DNA of 64,000 nt from Eledone cirrhosa. Lineage: Eukaryota. The notes below the pieces were generated by a model that was given only the letters and a program-made list of their open reading frames with translations, ran no database searches and had not been told where the DNA came from. Location of the stretch: contig OZ024743.1 of the NCBI GenBank assembly GCA_964016885.1, positions 265,484,001 through 265,548,000 of the forward strand, read 5' to 3'. Positions within the stretch are counted from its first letter, which is position 1; each line of letters starts with the position of its first letter. Shown piece after piece: positions 31,414 through 44,776 of this stretch. The position numbers were made by a program, and so were the translations under genes.

Positions 31414-31420
<7 letters not shown>
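30915..31420 (+). mobile_element. Retrozyme-like ~420-nt monomer with minimal hammerhead at 31171-31211
   Basis: CGATG-CTGACGA-t AGC taatac GCT t-GAAAC TA GT-T-CAACG; homologous to the tandem at 50857-51735; terminal redundancy (gtatacatacttata at both ends). Confidence 0.85.
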
Positions 31421-31472
<52 letters not shown>

Positions 31473-31950
31473 CAATTCATTTATTTATTTATTTATATAC
31501 ATATGTTAGGTGTGTAACAACAGTTACAGGCGACGCGCCGATCGAAGTACTCAATGATGTTAAGAGGTCCGTTTCGTTTGGGTTGTATTCCAATATTACC
31601 GCAGTAGTGTGCAGAGTGTAAATAGATGTAACGTGTCGAAATCAGTGTTGCAGCATATGTGCAAACTTTATTTGCATATTATATTTTTGATGTGTCTTTT
31701 AACATTTAAGCTCGTATGTTTGATGAGATGTCGAAAAAGAGTCGGCCTCTGCCATATTGAATGTACCCTGAAGTGATCGATATCGAAACAATTGTAATAT
31801 GCGAATAAAGTTCGTACATATGTTGCAACACTGACTTCGACGTTTAAATCTCTCTCTCTCTCTCTCCCTCTCTCTCTCTATCTCTCTCTTTCTTTCTTTC
31901 TTTCTTTCATTCTCTCTCTCTCTCTCTATCCATCTCTCTCTCTCTATCCA

Positions 31951-32083
<133 letters not shown>

Positions 32084-34552
32084 ACGTGCGTGTGTGTCTT
32101 TGTTTGTGCGTATAGGTAAAATGTACCAATCCGAGAGAAGGATAATTTTATAATCGTGACAATAATGGATTTAAATTTCGTCAAATTGTACATGTTTCGA
32201 TTGTTATGCTAATGTTACCAACCATTAAAAAAGTGTGATCCTATATTCTGTGCACAGTAAGAACTGCCCAGAGCATATAAGATCAAACTTGGACAAAACA
32301 ACTAAATAATCTTATCGGTTTTGTTTTGTTTAGTTTGTAGTTATACAGTTTAATAGTTAATAAACTTGTGACCTGGATGTACAAGAATCATTTTCTAAAT
32401 GTAACAGTAAGTGGTATGTAGGTTGTGTTGAAATAGAAACTATGCTTTCAGTCTGAAACCTTCGAGGGAAAATTAGCATAAACATGTTTTTCTTTTACCA
32501 TGTTTTTTACCATGTCTACTTTTACCATGCTGGGGGGTAGACTTACAGTCAAAAACATTCAAACAGTGACCATCCTGGTTTTTTTTTTTTGGGGGGGGGG
32601 GGGGGGGTTCTGGCATAATGTCTTCAAGACCACATCAGCCAAAGTATTATAAATGTTGTGGTTCTGTACCTAGTTATTATACATCTCCTATTCTTTTGCG
32701 CAAGACTAGCTCTGGTCAAGAGATCTCCGACCAATGGTACTCCAGTCGTGAAGTCCTTGTCTTTTTAGTAGACAGCGTGTAACACAGGCTGCACTTCAGT
32801 GTGACCTACATTTATTAAACTACAGTTTGGTGTAAATTGAGTTAGATTTGGCTGACACTTCTAATAGATAGAACAACCTAATAGTGTCTTCTACTAAACA
32901 ATGTACGGAATGTGTTGCAAAAGACGTGTTGTCTGACAGTGGGGTTGGTAATGGAGAATGCAAAGACTGGAAAACAAAATTAAGAAGCGGAATAGATGGC
33001 GGAAGAGTCGGAATGAAAAAACCCCAAAAACTAATGTTTTCAGATTTTTTGAATTTATTGTAAAATTAAGTATCTAACTTGTGTTTATTTCTCTTCGACT
33101 TTTTAGTGTCTGGTAATAAAGGAACGATTTGATAATGTAATTTATTTCCTGAGTGTAATTACAATATTAATTCGGAATCTCCGTTGAACGTTAACTTGGG
33201 ATTTTTCTCTTTCTAATGATATAATACGTTCACAAGTATAAAATATTACTCAGACGAATTGTAAAATGAGCGTTAAAACACTTGATGTACTCAAGCTAAG
33301 ATATTTTAGTTAATTAAAGTTCCACTCGTACAGATGAGACAAATGTCACTGGTCAAGAAAGGTAATTGAGTCAATTTGCAACAACAATATACAGCAGAAT
33401 GTGCTTGATATTTGACAAGGGTTCGGGGCATATCAACGAAAGTGGGTTTAACCGTGAAACTAATAGTAAGTCTCGACCATGATAGCTTAAATGAATAGCA
33501 TTTCTTGCCCGAAATTAGTTTAAAATATCTTTTTTTTTCTCATCGCCAATTGTGTAATCTAATATACTAAAGTTTCTCGCCTCATATCAAGTATGTTCGC
33601 CATTACTTTATTATTTGTTTTTTTCCTACAAGAGTGTCCCAGTGTATTTTCTCTAGCCATATTTCTACACAGACAGCATGTAATCGATAGCGTGTATTCC
33701 TTCGCCATATATATTTTTATTGTAAATATATCAATTTACATACATGAAAAAGATTACTAAGGTAGACAGTTAATAATTCTACAGAGTGTCTCAAGACATA
33801 AAAGATAATTACTGCATTCTGATTATATAGTGATAAGTAGTAGCAATGAAACGTTTTGTTAAAGGAAGTAAATATCTCCAGATAAATTGGAGTCTGTATA
33901 TTCAGCAGAGAAACAGAGTATTATATGCCAACGTAGGATTAGATTTGACCAGGTGAACGCAGAACATCAGTTGCGCAAATTATATTCATTTCATTTCATT
34001 TCAAATCTAGAATTGCTAATTATATATAGATGTGACCTATCAGGGAATATAAGTTTTAATATAACAGATTCCGTAATATTAGGAGAGTTAGAGCAGAGAA
34101 TATTCCGGACAGTTTCAATAAATTTCTAAAACCTAGATCTCATTTTATCAAATAAGCACCCGGTCTAACATCACCCAGATGCAAATATTTCTTATCCTAG
34201 TATAAAGTCTTCGCTTACACCCAACAAACGTCCTAACATATTCCTTGATAATAACAAATTGAGTAAGCCATAGAACATATAGTTGATTGGTATTATATCT
34301 TCCACAGCATATTACCAATATTATTATAAAGAGATTGGCAAAGACAAAATGAAGTCGGCTCTGACATGACTACATTTGATCTTAGTATGGAATGGAGAAA
34401 AAAAAACTTAACATTGTGCGATTGTCGCCATAAGTCAAACGGCTTGAATTCTGCCGTCGGTGTCATACTTTTTCCTATTACCTACTCTAATACCTTAAGT
34501 ATTGAACACGCAGGTTCGTTATGGTCCATTTGGTTCCTTACCACACCTCCTT

Positions 34553-34599
<47 letters not shown>

Positions 34600-34742
34600 T
34601 AGTTTATAGATAGTTATATATATATATATATATATATATATACTTATATATATATATATATATATACTTATATACATATATATATATATATATATACTTA
34701 TACGATATTAATAAATGGAAACTATATTTATAAAACCATATT

Positions 34743-34807
34743 TATTTCATTATATATATTTCAAGGATACCAAGTTACATTATGGTATGCCTTCATCAGA
34801 TAAAATA
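34743..34807 (-). ncRNA. Intact-looking minimal type I hammerhead at a PLE-like 3' end
   Basis: TATTTTAT-CTGATGA-AGG c ATACCA..TGGTAT CCT t-GAA-AT ATAT AT-A-ATGAAATA; family relative at 50402-50464 (+). Confidence 0.85.
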
Positions 34808-35164
34808 CAATATATAACAGTTTTATAAATAGATATTGACGTACCCCTTTAAAAATTGACCGTTGTTTTTGGAGGCCATCAGGATAGTGATTTGTTTACT
34901 TTAGTAAGTCATAGTGTTAAGAGTAAATAAAAAGATGGAGAGAGAGAGAGAAACGTAGAGAAAAGAAAGGGAGAGATAGATAAAGAAAAAGAAGAAAGCA
35001 AAAAGAAAAGAGAACAGAGGAAAAATAACGGGGAGATATCAAACCATCAGACAGAGAAAAAAATCCAGAGAGAGATATATAGAGATAGAGAGAGGGGGGA
35101 GAGAACGAAAACCTTAAGTTATGTCATATTAAGTTGAGTTAACAATATAGTTTTATATAAATAA

Positions 35165-35214
<50 letters not shown>

Positions 35215-35320
35215 ATTATTATGGAATATATATATATATATTATTATTATGGAAGACTGTTGGCTTCTTGCGACAATGTTTTCTATACCTTTCATTTATA
35301 TATATATATATATATATATT

Positions 35321-36020
35321 CCATTTTGACGTTATAGTCACTTATATATTATGAAATACTGTTGGCTTCTTGCTCACATTAATTTCTCTTTTTTCATTTA
35401 TATTTATACTCGTAATTTTTCCTAGATTGCTTAAAATTATTTGTGACTAATCCCGGTCTTTTTCTTTAAAAAAAAACCGCGATAATATTGCTATATGCTG
35501 AACTCCATACATTTTTGTAGAGTTTTTTAGGAATGTTTTGACTGCTGTTTCTTGTAAACAGACATCCGTCTCATTCTGACGTCACCAGCTATGTTTCTCC
35601 ATGTATGTTTATTTTAATAATTCCGCACGAGGTGAACTAGCCTGGTTTTAAGTTCCATTTCTGGCATATTTTGGCAGTGAGATGTTGGTTATCGTGTTGA
35701 GCTCTACTGATGAACGACTCCAACCGTGACTAATCCCACTGAAAGGTTTCGTGAACTAGTTTTTTTAAGATAATATAGAGCATTTGTAGTTTTTCCAAAT
35801 TGAAGGATGAGAATTTAAACTTTATATTAGTCTGGTTATTTCCCTGAATTTCACAAAATCTGTGGATAAAATCTCTGCCTTGATTGTTTTTTAATTGAAT
35901 TTGAATTATTTCCCCATATCTTACGTTAAATCTTTTCCATGTTGACGTTATAGTCACTTATATATTATGAAATATTGTTGGCTTCATGCTCGCATTAATT
36001 TCTCTTTTTTTTTCATTTAT
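35321..36020 (+). mobile_element. Diverged copy of the ~625-nt hammerhead family (~617-nt period); HHR at 35701-35781
   Basis: 35321-35400 is repeated at 35937-36020; extra 3'-end fragment at ~35241-35300; flanked by (TA)n. Confidence 0.8.
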
Positions 36021-36121
36021 ATATATATATATATCTTTGCTTAAACTTTAATCTGTTATTTTAATAAATATATATATGTATATATTTATATTAAAAAAAA
36101 TTATATATCTATATAAATTTA

Positions 36122-36161
<40 letters not shown>

Positions 36162-36165
36162 AATT

Positions 36166-36202
<37 letters not shown>

Positions 36203-36223
36203 GAAACAATTATTTATATATAA

Positions 36224-36292
<69 letters not shown>

Positions 36293-36393
36293 TATATAGA
36301 TTTTGAGTTTATGCTGGTTGTATACCAACACCTCAGTATGCAGGCTGGAGCACTCGACGAAGTGCGCAGGTTGGTTTGGTTACTCCGGAGTAG

Positions 36394-36834
36394 TGTAAAA
36401 TAAAGTTAAATAAAAGTCAAATGATTAAAATTTAGCTTCGTTTATTACTGCTATATATATTTCAGTGACAGCCATCTTTGGCTGTGACCTCTTCAGGCAG
36501 TTTGAATTAGTATGGTATAGACAAGTACATAAGTTATTTAGGTGTATGATATTGTCAATACTCTGATATGCCCAGTTCCTTGTTGGGTTGTTAATTCACT
36601 GGGGAACTGGAGTCATATGACTCCAGTTCCCCAGTGAATTAACAACCCAACAAGGAACTGGGCATATCAGAGTATTGACAATATCATACACCTAAATAAC
36701 TTAAGTACTTGTCTATACCATACTAATTCAAACTGCCTGAAGAGGTCACAGCCAAAGATGGCTGTCACTGAAATATATATAGCAGTAATAAACGAAGCTA
36801 AATTTTAATCATTTGACTTTTATTTAACTTTATT

Positions 36835-36839
<5 letters not shown>
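36394..36839. repeat. 446-bp spacer-less palindrome made of two PLE terminal repeats
   Basis: Centre at 36616/36617 (agtcat|atgact); 223-bp arms with two mismatches seen. Confidence 0.95.
36732..36786 (+). ncRNA. Intact minimal type I hammerhead (mirror copy on - strand at 36447-36501)
   Basis: ACTGC-CTGAAGA-GGT c ACAGCCA aaga TGGCTGT c ACT-GAA-AT ATAT AT-A-GCAGT; predicted cleavage after 36781. Confidence 0.9.
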
Positions 36840-36894
<55 letters not shown>

Positions 36895-38519
36895 CTATAT
36901 ATCTTTTGTGCGTGTAAACATATACAAACGCCGTCAACTAAATTTCACCCTAATCATAGGTCAGACCGAGAGATTATTTGAATGTAATTGTTTCGTTGGC
37001 AGCACATTTGTATTGAAAGGTAAGGTTTATTGCGAAACTGTCGGTTTTCTCAGCTACACATCCATGCCCGAAGCCCTATAGAATAAGCTATTATGTTAAC
37101 AATGATATCAATGTCCATAGATTTAACAAACCCTGGTTTAATGGCAACGTTCTACACATTTCTGTTCTCTCAATAAATTAAGTTCCTATCATGTTAGATG
37201 TTTTGTTTATTCAACATTTCATGCTGGTGTTGTTTACCTCATGACATTGAATTGTTAGGAAATGTTAGTGCACAATCATCACTACCTCTAAACACACTCT
37301 CTATTGTACATATATATATGCATTTATATACACACATAGAAACAATATCAGGTTCATACGCACAACACCAAATATGCATGTACACACATTATTCCTCGCT
37401 CATCACGTCACACAGTACACACATACATATATCTTACACATCAGTCTCACACATAAACACGCACTTAACATCTCGCACATATACGCATACCTCTAAACAT
37501 ATATAATATCACACAAACTTTATGTATATTTTTTTGGCTAAATCTCAGCTATTATGAGCACACATTCGCATACACAAACTCACACAGAGGCCATCATGCA
37601 CAAATGCTCACACAATATCGCAGAAGACACGCACAAATTATTTATGCACTAATATACTTTTTTACCGAAGACTTCTTCTCATAAACGAATGTAAAGGAAT
37701 AATTGTTTAGTTTAAAAAATGGAATATTCAGAGAGAAAGACAAGTTTCACTCTCTGTTTTCAAATACTAACACATTTTATAACCGCGCTTTAATCTACAT
37801 GAAATAAAGTAACAGAATTCATAGAGAGACGGCTTCTAATTCATACTTGTACTATTCTGTACTAATAGCGTTTTCTTTATTACTATTTCAATACTAGAAG
37901 AAAAATAATTATTCGTTTGGCTTCTTGTAGAATCATAGTGTGTACTGTGTAAAAAGAAATGAAAAAAGACCAGGAAATAATCAACAACAATTTGAAAAAA
38001 AAAATACTAGATGTAGTAAAATACGTGAGATATATCACGAATCTTGAAAACGGTATTTTGCAAAGAAGGGACAATTTATCACTTCTAAATATTTTTTATA
38101 GCATTCCGCATACATTCTTTCGATTGTTGATAAGAATATAAAAAGAAGTAAAATTACAAAAAAGACAAAACATATGCTTTAAATAAAAAAAATATCTACG
38201 GTGTTCTTATATCGACGAGAACTACTTGTATATGAATTTTACAAATGTACACATTCCATTGACAATCAGGTGAACATGATTAAGTCTTGACTTCTTTGGT
38301 CTGCCATAACGACTTTCAATATCTCTCTTGGATATGTAGCAATTCTCACATAAATTAGGTGTTACCAGAGACTGTGAGAGAGTTCCAGACGGTCGATCCA
38401 CTTTGCTAAATATAGAAGCGCTATTACTAAAAATTACACTCTTATCTAGTAAAAAGGAATCTATACATTGGATAATGTAGAACTTGGCATATTGTAAATA
38501 ATGTATGGCCATGATCGGA

Positions 38520-38583
<64 letters not shown>

Positions 38584-38634
38584 CTGTGTATATATATATA
38601 TGTATGTAAAAGAATTCATTACACTTAGTATATG

Positions 38635-38706
<72 letters not shown>

Positions 38707-38713
38707 TATATAC

Positions 38714-41480
38714 ATAGTTTAACAAAGTTCGTAGCACATCTGCAACATCATCAGTGGTACTATTACTATGTTCCCTCCTATTGTATTGTATTGTAATGTT
38801 TACGCCATTTTTATTCTAACTATTTATTTATTTATGTTTGTCTCCGTCTCTGCGCATGTGTTTGCGTGTGTGTGTAATGTTTGGTGTGTGTGTTCGCGTG
38901 GAGTCTGTGTTTTGTATGTGTTTTGTATTCTATCTTTGTTTACTAGTGTGTGTTTATATATGTTTGTTGGTATTGTACTTATGTATATATTTATTTATTT
39001 ATATTTCTCTTAGGTCAGTATTGTTTGTTTGGGTATGATTGTTTTTGTTATTCTATTCGTTTTTTTCTGTTTAACTTTGGTTTTCTAAGCTCTATTTCAC
39101 TCGCTTCTCTGATTTGCCTACCTTTTGGGTCATTTCTATGTTGAGATATTATTTTAATTCCTATGATGTCTATATCACCGTCTTGTCTTTGTCTGTTTTT
39201 TTTTGGTCCCTTTAATTCACCCCAGTGTTGGTCTATTCTTTCTCCTATGCTTCGAGCTGTCTCACCTGTTTATGTCGTTGTTATGTTTCTGCAAGTACTC
39301 TCTGTACATCTTATGCTACAGACTACATTTCTAGTTTTACAGTTTATCTGGGGTTCCACTTTCCATATAAAACATTTCTTATTAGTACAGTCGGTTTTCT
39401 CAAAGGGGAATGTTTTGCTGCTCAGGGATGTTATGGTAATTCCTGGCTTTTCTGCCACTATAATCTTTAAGTGGGTCTTTCTTATGACCTTTCTACATTG
39501 GTTAGCTAATTTTCTCCCAGGGGTAGCATCCACGAACATGACACACTGTTATCTCTGGTTGTCGTACCATGAAGTGGCTTTCCCTATCTTATGTTTAGTC
39601 CTATATAAGCTATTCCATGATTTGCTCCAGTATAATGGGCAAATTCCTTTCATGTCAATTTCTAGGAGGGTCTTATACATCTCTGTGGCTCCTTTGTATA
39701 CTCTGATTATGTCTGAATGGTTGTAGCTAGAGAACTGCATGCGGTTGATGAAGTGTTGGATTGTCTTTCCATTTCATTTAGGTCGCACATGCGGGACGCA
39801 TTCCTCATCACTCGTACCAAGTTTGCGATCAGAATGTTAAACTTAGCACTACTGGACATTGCAGAGATTTTGAGTATCATGTATTTGGAGGCTATGGGTT
39901 TAGCATAGTGTGAGTGGAGAATTTGGGTCCTCTCGTCTATAGTGTTAATCCAGAGTTCCGTGTCTAATACTGGTAGTCTATTGTTAGCGTGTTTGGAAGG
40001 GTAGTCAACAGTTACAGTTATATTCAGGTGAATGGAGGTAGCTATATGCTGGATACTTTCCATTGTGCTATATTCTGAATGATGTTCATTAGTACTCTCT
40101 TGTGTGGGTATTCTTATTACTATATTAATATCGTCTACGTAACGAGAGTACATGACGAGGTCAACTGAGTTCTCTTCAAGGAGAGCTTAGAGTCGCCTTT
40201 CCCACCATATCATAAATAGATTGGCAACGTCACCAGCTATTATGACGCCAATGGCTGCTCCCTCAATCTGGGTGTCGATCATTTCATTGAATTTAAAAAC
40301 ATGGCCCTTTAGGGTAGTTTTAATACTAGCCCCTATTGCATGCGTGACCATTTTTCTCACCTGATCATTGTTTTGGGTGTCTGTATGGCTTTGGTCCATC
40401 CGTTCCACCTTCCCATGGGAGTCATTTTAGCCATTGAGGTTATGTCGGGGGGTTTACCTCTTATGGGTCTACTGGGGAAGAAACAGCTAAGGTCGTTGTT
40501 ATCTAGATACTCGGTGTCATAAGTAAGTCTAAGTAGGAGGCCCAGTTCATCTGTGTCGACATCGTAGAACTCCACCTAATTATTTCCACACATTTAACTA
40601 ATTATTTCCACACATTTCTCCACAGCAAAATCAATGTTAATGGAAGGGTACAGTGATATTACATCCATACTGCCTATTACGCAGTTAGATACGTTTTTGT
40701 TTTTGTTGCACTCATTGATTCTTCTGAGAAGGTCCTCTGTACTGTCACATACATCTGGGGACATCTTAATTATGGGGCGTATAACCATCGAGAGGACGTA
40801 GGGAATCCTGTAGTTGCTAGTAAATTGGCTCTGCATACAGGTCTTGTTGGTGGTCCTGTAGTTGGGTCTTCGGCTGTCTTATGGTCTTTGCGGAGCCCAT
40901 ACAAGTGTGGTATGTCATTGTTAGACGCTTGGAAGTTGTTGGCACTGCGTCTGCTTGGGTGTAGGATGTCGGTCCACATCATCACGTGAACGTTGAGGAT
41001 CTTCTCTCTCCCCTCATGTGTTTGTTGTGTTGTTTCGCACGTGTTGAGAATGTGGGGTTGCACAGCATTGATATAATTCGGCATGCCGTCTATTGACATC
41101 CTACCAGATTTATCTGTGGCTAGACACACTACCTCACCATCTCTTGGGCGCTGCTTGAGGCTAATTAGGCCTTCTATCGGATTCCATCCCAGTTGTTGGA
41201 TTTCTGTCTCTTAGTATATCGGTCTACTACTTAAATAAGTGTATTTCTAGCTATATTTTCGGAAATGTTCTTTATCCGACCATATCTTAAAGAAAAGGAA
41301 CATTGTGAATTTTCCCTTTCCGCATATTGCAAAGTGTTCACTGCATGTGGTGTTTCTGACAGAGGGGTCTCTAATTTGTTTTTTATGTACTCGAACTCAT
41401 GTAGACCAGTTACGGTTTCACCAATTGTGGAGAAGGTTGCACAGTAATTCAAGCTTTGGGTTTTGCAATTCATGTCTGTA
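38714..41480 (-). mobile_element. Near full-length decayed Penelope-like element (RT plus Cys-rich linker plus GIY-YIG) with 3' hammerhead remnant at ~38727-38757
   Basis: ATDKSGRM, LYGLRKDHK..PTRPVC, GSMDVISLYPSI, QIEGAAIG..ANLFM, YSRYVDDI, LPVLDTELW, YAKPIASK, CTNKKC..NCKTRNVVCSIRC, ETARSIGERIDQH; multiple frameshifts; 3' CTGATGA-t GTTGCA gatg TGCTAC-GAAC next to (TA)n. Confidence 0.92.
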
Positions 41481-42468
41481 TTAACTGGGAAAAACTGTTT
41501 TTTATATATATTCTGTTTTTTTATATATATTCTCTGTCGGGCTAAAGATGACTTATGTCTAGAGAGTGTGTTTTTGTGATAGAGAAGCAGTATTACAGAG
41601 ATATAGAAAAAGAATCAACACCTGCGCTGATGTTTCTTTTTTATCGAACACCAAAGGGTGAAGAATAAATGTGGCTTCAGCGGATTTTGAGCACCGAACG
41701 CAGAGAACAGGAAAGAATACCGCAAAATATTGTATCCGAGGTTGTAATGAGTCTGACAGTTTGTGTCCTTGATTTAGGTATAACCATGTAACACAGTATG
41801 TTTTATTTTTCACATTTTTGAACAGTGTGGTTGGGTATTTGTTTCTGATTTTTATTCCATTGAGATTTTTGTTTTAATGATTTGGGCTGTCTTTACTTTT
41901 GGTCCTTTAACATCTTTCAAGAGTATTTTTTATCTTTATATAGAACAGGGAGGTTATAATGGAAGGGATCAAACTTTTAGACATTTCTGGGAATAATTAT
42001 TGACACAAATCGTAAAATATTTTTCTCATTTTATTTATTTGTTTTTTCTTTAACTAACTCTTGAATATTGTGTATGTTTTTGTTCTTTCTTAGGTGATTA
42101 TCCACTCCTTGATTACGTTTGATCGATTCCGATGTATATTATTTTTGCTAGTTTAAAAGGAATGGTTAATTTCATGTGTTTTGGATGGCTTCATTTGAAT
42201 TGAATATATTATTTGGAGTCCTCGGATTTATAGAAAAGTAGACCACCCTTCACCCGTTGAGTTACGTTCCCTTAAAAATATTATTTTCAAATCATCTTCT
42301 CTTAAAAATAATTTTTAAATAATTAAAATATACACCGACATGTATATAGTGTAAAATGAAATGGGAAGGCCCATATATATTTATATATATATATATATAT
42401 ATAATATATATATGCGTGTGTGCGTGTGTGTTTATGTGTGTGTGTGTGTATGGATATATATAAATGTT

Positions 42469-42504
<36 letters not shown>

Positions 42505-42759
42505 TGTCTGTGACCTATATACTCTTCACAGACTAACACACATATACATATACACACATACAAAGACACATATACATATATATATATATATACACACACA
42601 CATACACACACATACTTAGAAATCATTCCTATTTAGCAGGAAATATCGCTCCACACGTCCTGTATTAACACAAATTATATATTTAAAATTCAGTCACTAA
42701 ATTCGAGTTAGATGCATTTATATTGCATTCGATTCTTTAAAGTTACCTGTTATAATTTT

Positions 42760-42812
42760 ATTGAACAACACCCCAACTCACCCGATCTCGCTCTCTTCCA
42801 TTTTCTTTATAT
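42760..42812 (+). pseudogene. Tiny mariner/Tc1 transposase remnant
   Basis: Translates [15 protein letters not shown], similar to the mariner HPPYSPDLAPSDF motif. Confidence 0.4.
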
Positions 42813-42816
42813 GTCG

Positions 42817-42900
<84 letters not shown>

Positions 42901-43595
42901 GTCTCTCTCTCTATATCTCTCTCTAATTCTCTCCCTCTCTCTATATATTTCTCTCTCTCTTCAATGTTCTCTCTTACAACCACCATCTCTTTTTCTCTAT
43001 CTTTCTGAAGGTACCTGGAAAACCCCCGTATCACGGGAACGAGTGCTCCGATTTACGCGAAATTGTGTTATTCCATTTGTATTCCTATTTCAAAAGCAAC
43101 TTTTTTTCACAGTATTTTCCCATTATGCGCCGGTGTTGGCTGTATTAAATAATAGACAAGAACAATCACAGAGCTGTAGTAGTATATAGATAAATCGATA
43201 GATAGATAGATAGAAAGGTAGATAGATGTTTCTATCTTTGCGTCCGTGTCTGAGCTGCAGATATCTAAAAAGGCTAGGTTCTTAGTATTAAACAACATTT
43301 TGAACTGGATATGCTATTAGGGTTATTTATTATATTCTTAAATTCTGTAAGTATATCACGGTCTTCCTGTCATAAGATGAAATTGTCGTACAGGTACCTT
43401 TAGTTGCGTGAAAATGTGTCTCCAAAATGTCATTTTAAAATCAGATTTGAATGAGAAAATTCACAAATCTTCTCACTGCCCACATAATATGAGAACACAC
43501 GTTGACAAAATAGGCATACCAATCGAAACCGGTAATATATATTATATATATATATATATATGTGTGTGGGGATGGGGGGTCAGCGTGTGTCTGTA

Positions 43596-43643
<48 letters not shown>

Positions 43644-44686
43644 GTAGCATTGGCATCGGTTTCATGACATAAAAAAACATCCATCTATTTGTAGCCATAC
43701 TTTCATGCATACGTGTATTTTAAAAAAGAAAACGTTATTTACTACTATATGGACAAAATATACACTTATTTATATTCTAGTGCGTTTGATAAATTAAGAG
43801 AAGTAATGTTATTATATTATCAATGTCTAACACGCCTGTGGATATTTTTCTTTCTTTCACAAGTTTATTTAATTAACGCCATCGTCTTATTCAGTGGGGA
43901 ACTCTTCATTAGATCAGTTAGTAAATTTTAGCGCTACACACCTTTACAAACAAATTGTATACTACATCTTATATATGTAACAATTTATGTTAATATTTTT
44001 TTTAATCAGCATATACAGTTGTACTTTTGTTTTCTATGCGACGTGTATAACTGCAGATATACATGCTATCACATTTTTCTTATTATCTTAACGGTGTTTT
44101 GTACGCTCGAGAAAATGCTTCTTAATAATTTAATGAGAGATGTGAGGGTAAAGCTGCATAACCCTGCCGTAGACATTGGGGAAGGAAAGGGATGTATTAT
44201 AGGACCTGATAAAGTGCTTGCTACCAAGTAGAATCAAATAAAATCATAAAATGACCAGAAGAAGACGTTATTAGGTGCTGGATGAAGTCTCCAAACTAGC
44301 TGAAAAGAGTTTAAACACGATGACGTGGTCCTGAACAGGATAGTATTAAATCTAATGCCAGTTGTAGTAGTACTGGCCTTTTCTTAACGGATCGAAGCCA
44401 TCTTCAATTTATATTTCACATTGAATTAAGTTTTAATTATATCCTCAAAACATTCTGAGTTAACATCGGTCATCATTAAACAGCAGCTGAGATTTCAAGG
44501 AACAATAAAAAAAAAAAACACACACACATTTATAAAAGAGCAGAGAAAAATCTATTAGCAGCAGGTTAGATCCTAATCTATCGTACTTCCTGAAAATGTC
44601 TTTGTCCATAGCTCCACGTTGCCTATTGAATTCTAAGCAGAATTTGGCACATGTGAAACTGAAAAAACATCAATTGCATATATATT

Positions 44687-44717
<31 letters not shown>

Positions 44718-44724
44718 ATATACA

Positions 44725-44775
<51 letters not shown>

Positions 44776-44776
<1 letters not shown>

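Noticed and set aside
31768-31802. CTGAAGT-GATCGATATC-GAAACAATTGTA hammerhead-like motif; similar weak cases at 2345-2390, 52084-52150 and 54315-54390
   Set aside because: Stem I or the core does not hold. These are probably decayed HHRs but are not supportable individually.
43261-43345. Plus-strand exon candidate encoding signal-peptide-like MLLGLFIIFLNS before GTAAGT
   Set aside because: No downstream exon or homology could be identified, and such signals are common by chance in AT-rich DNA.
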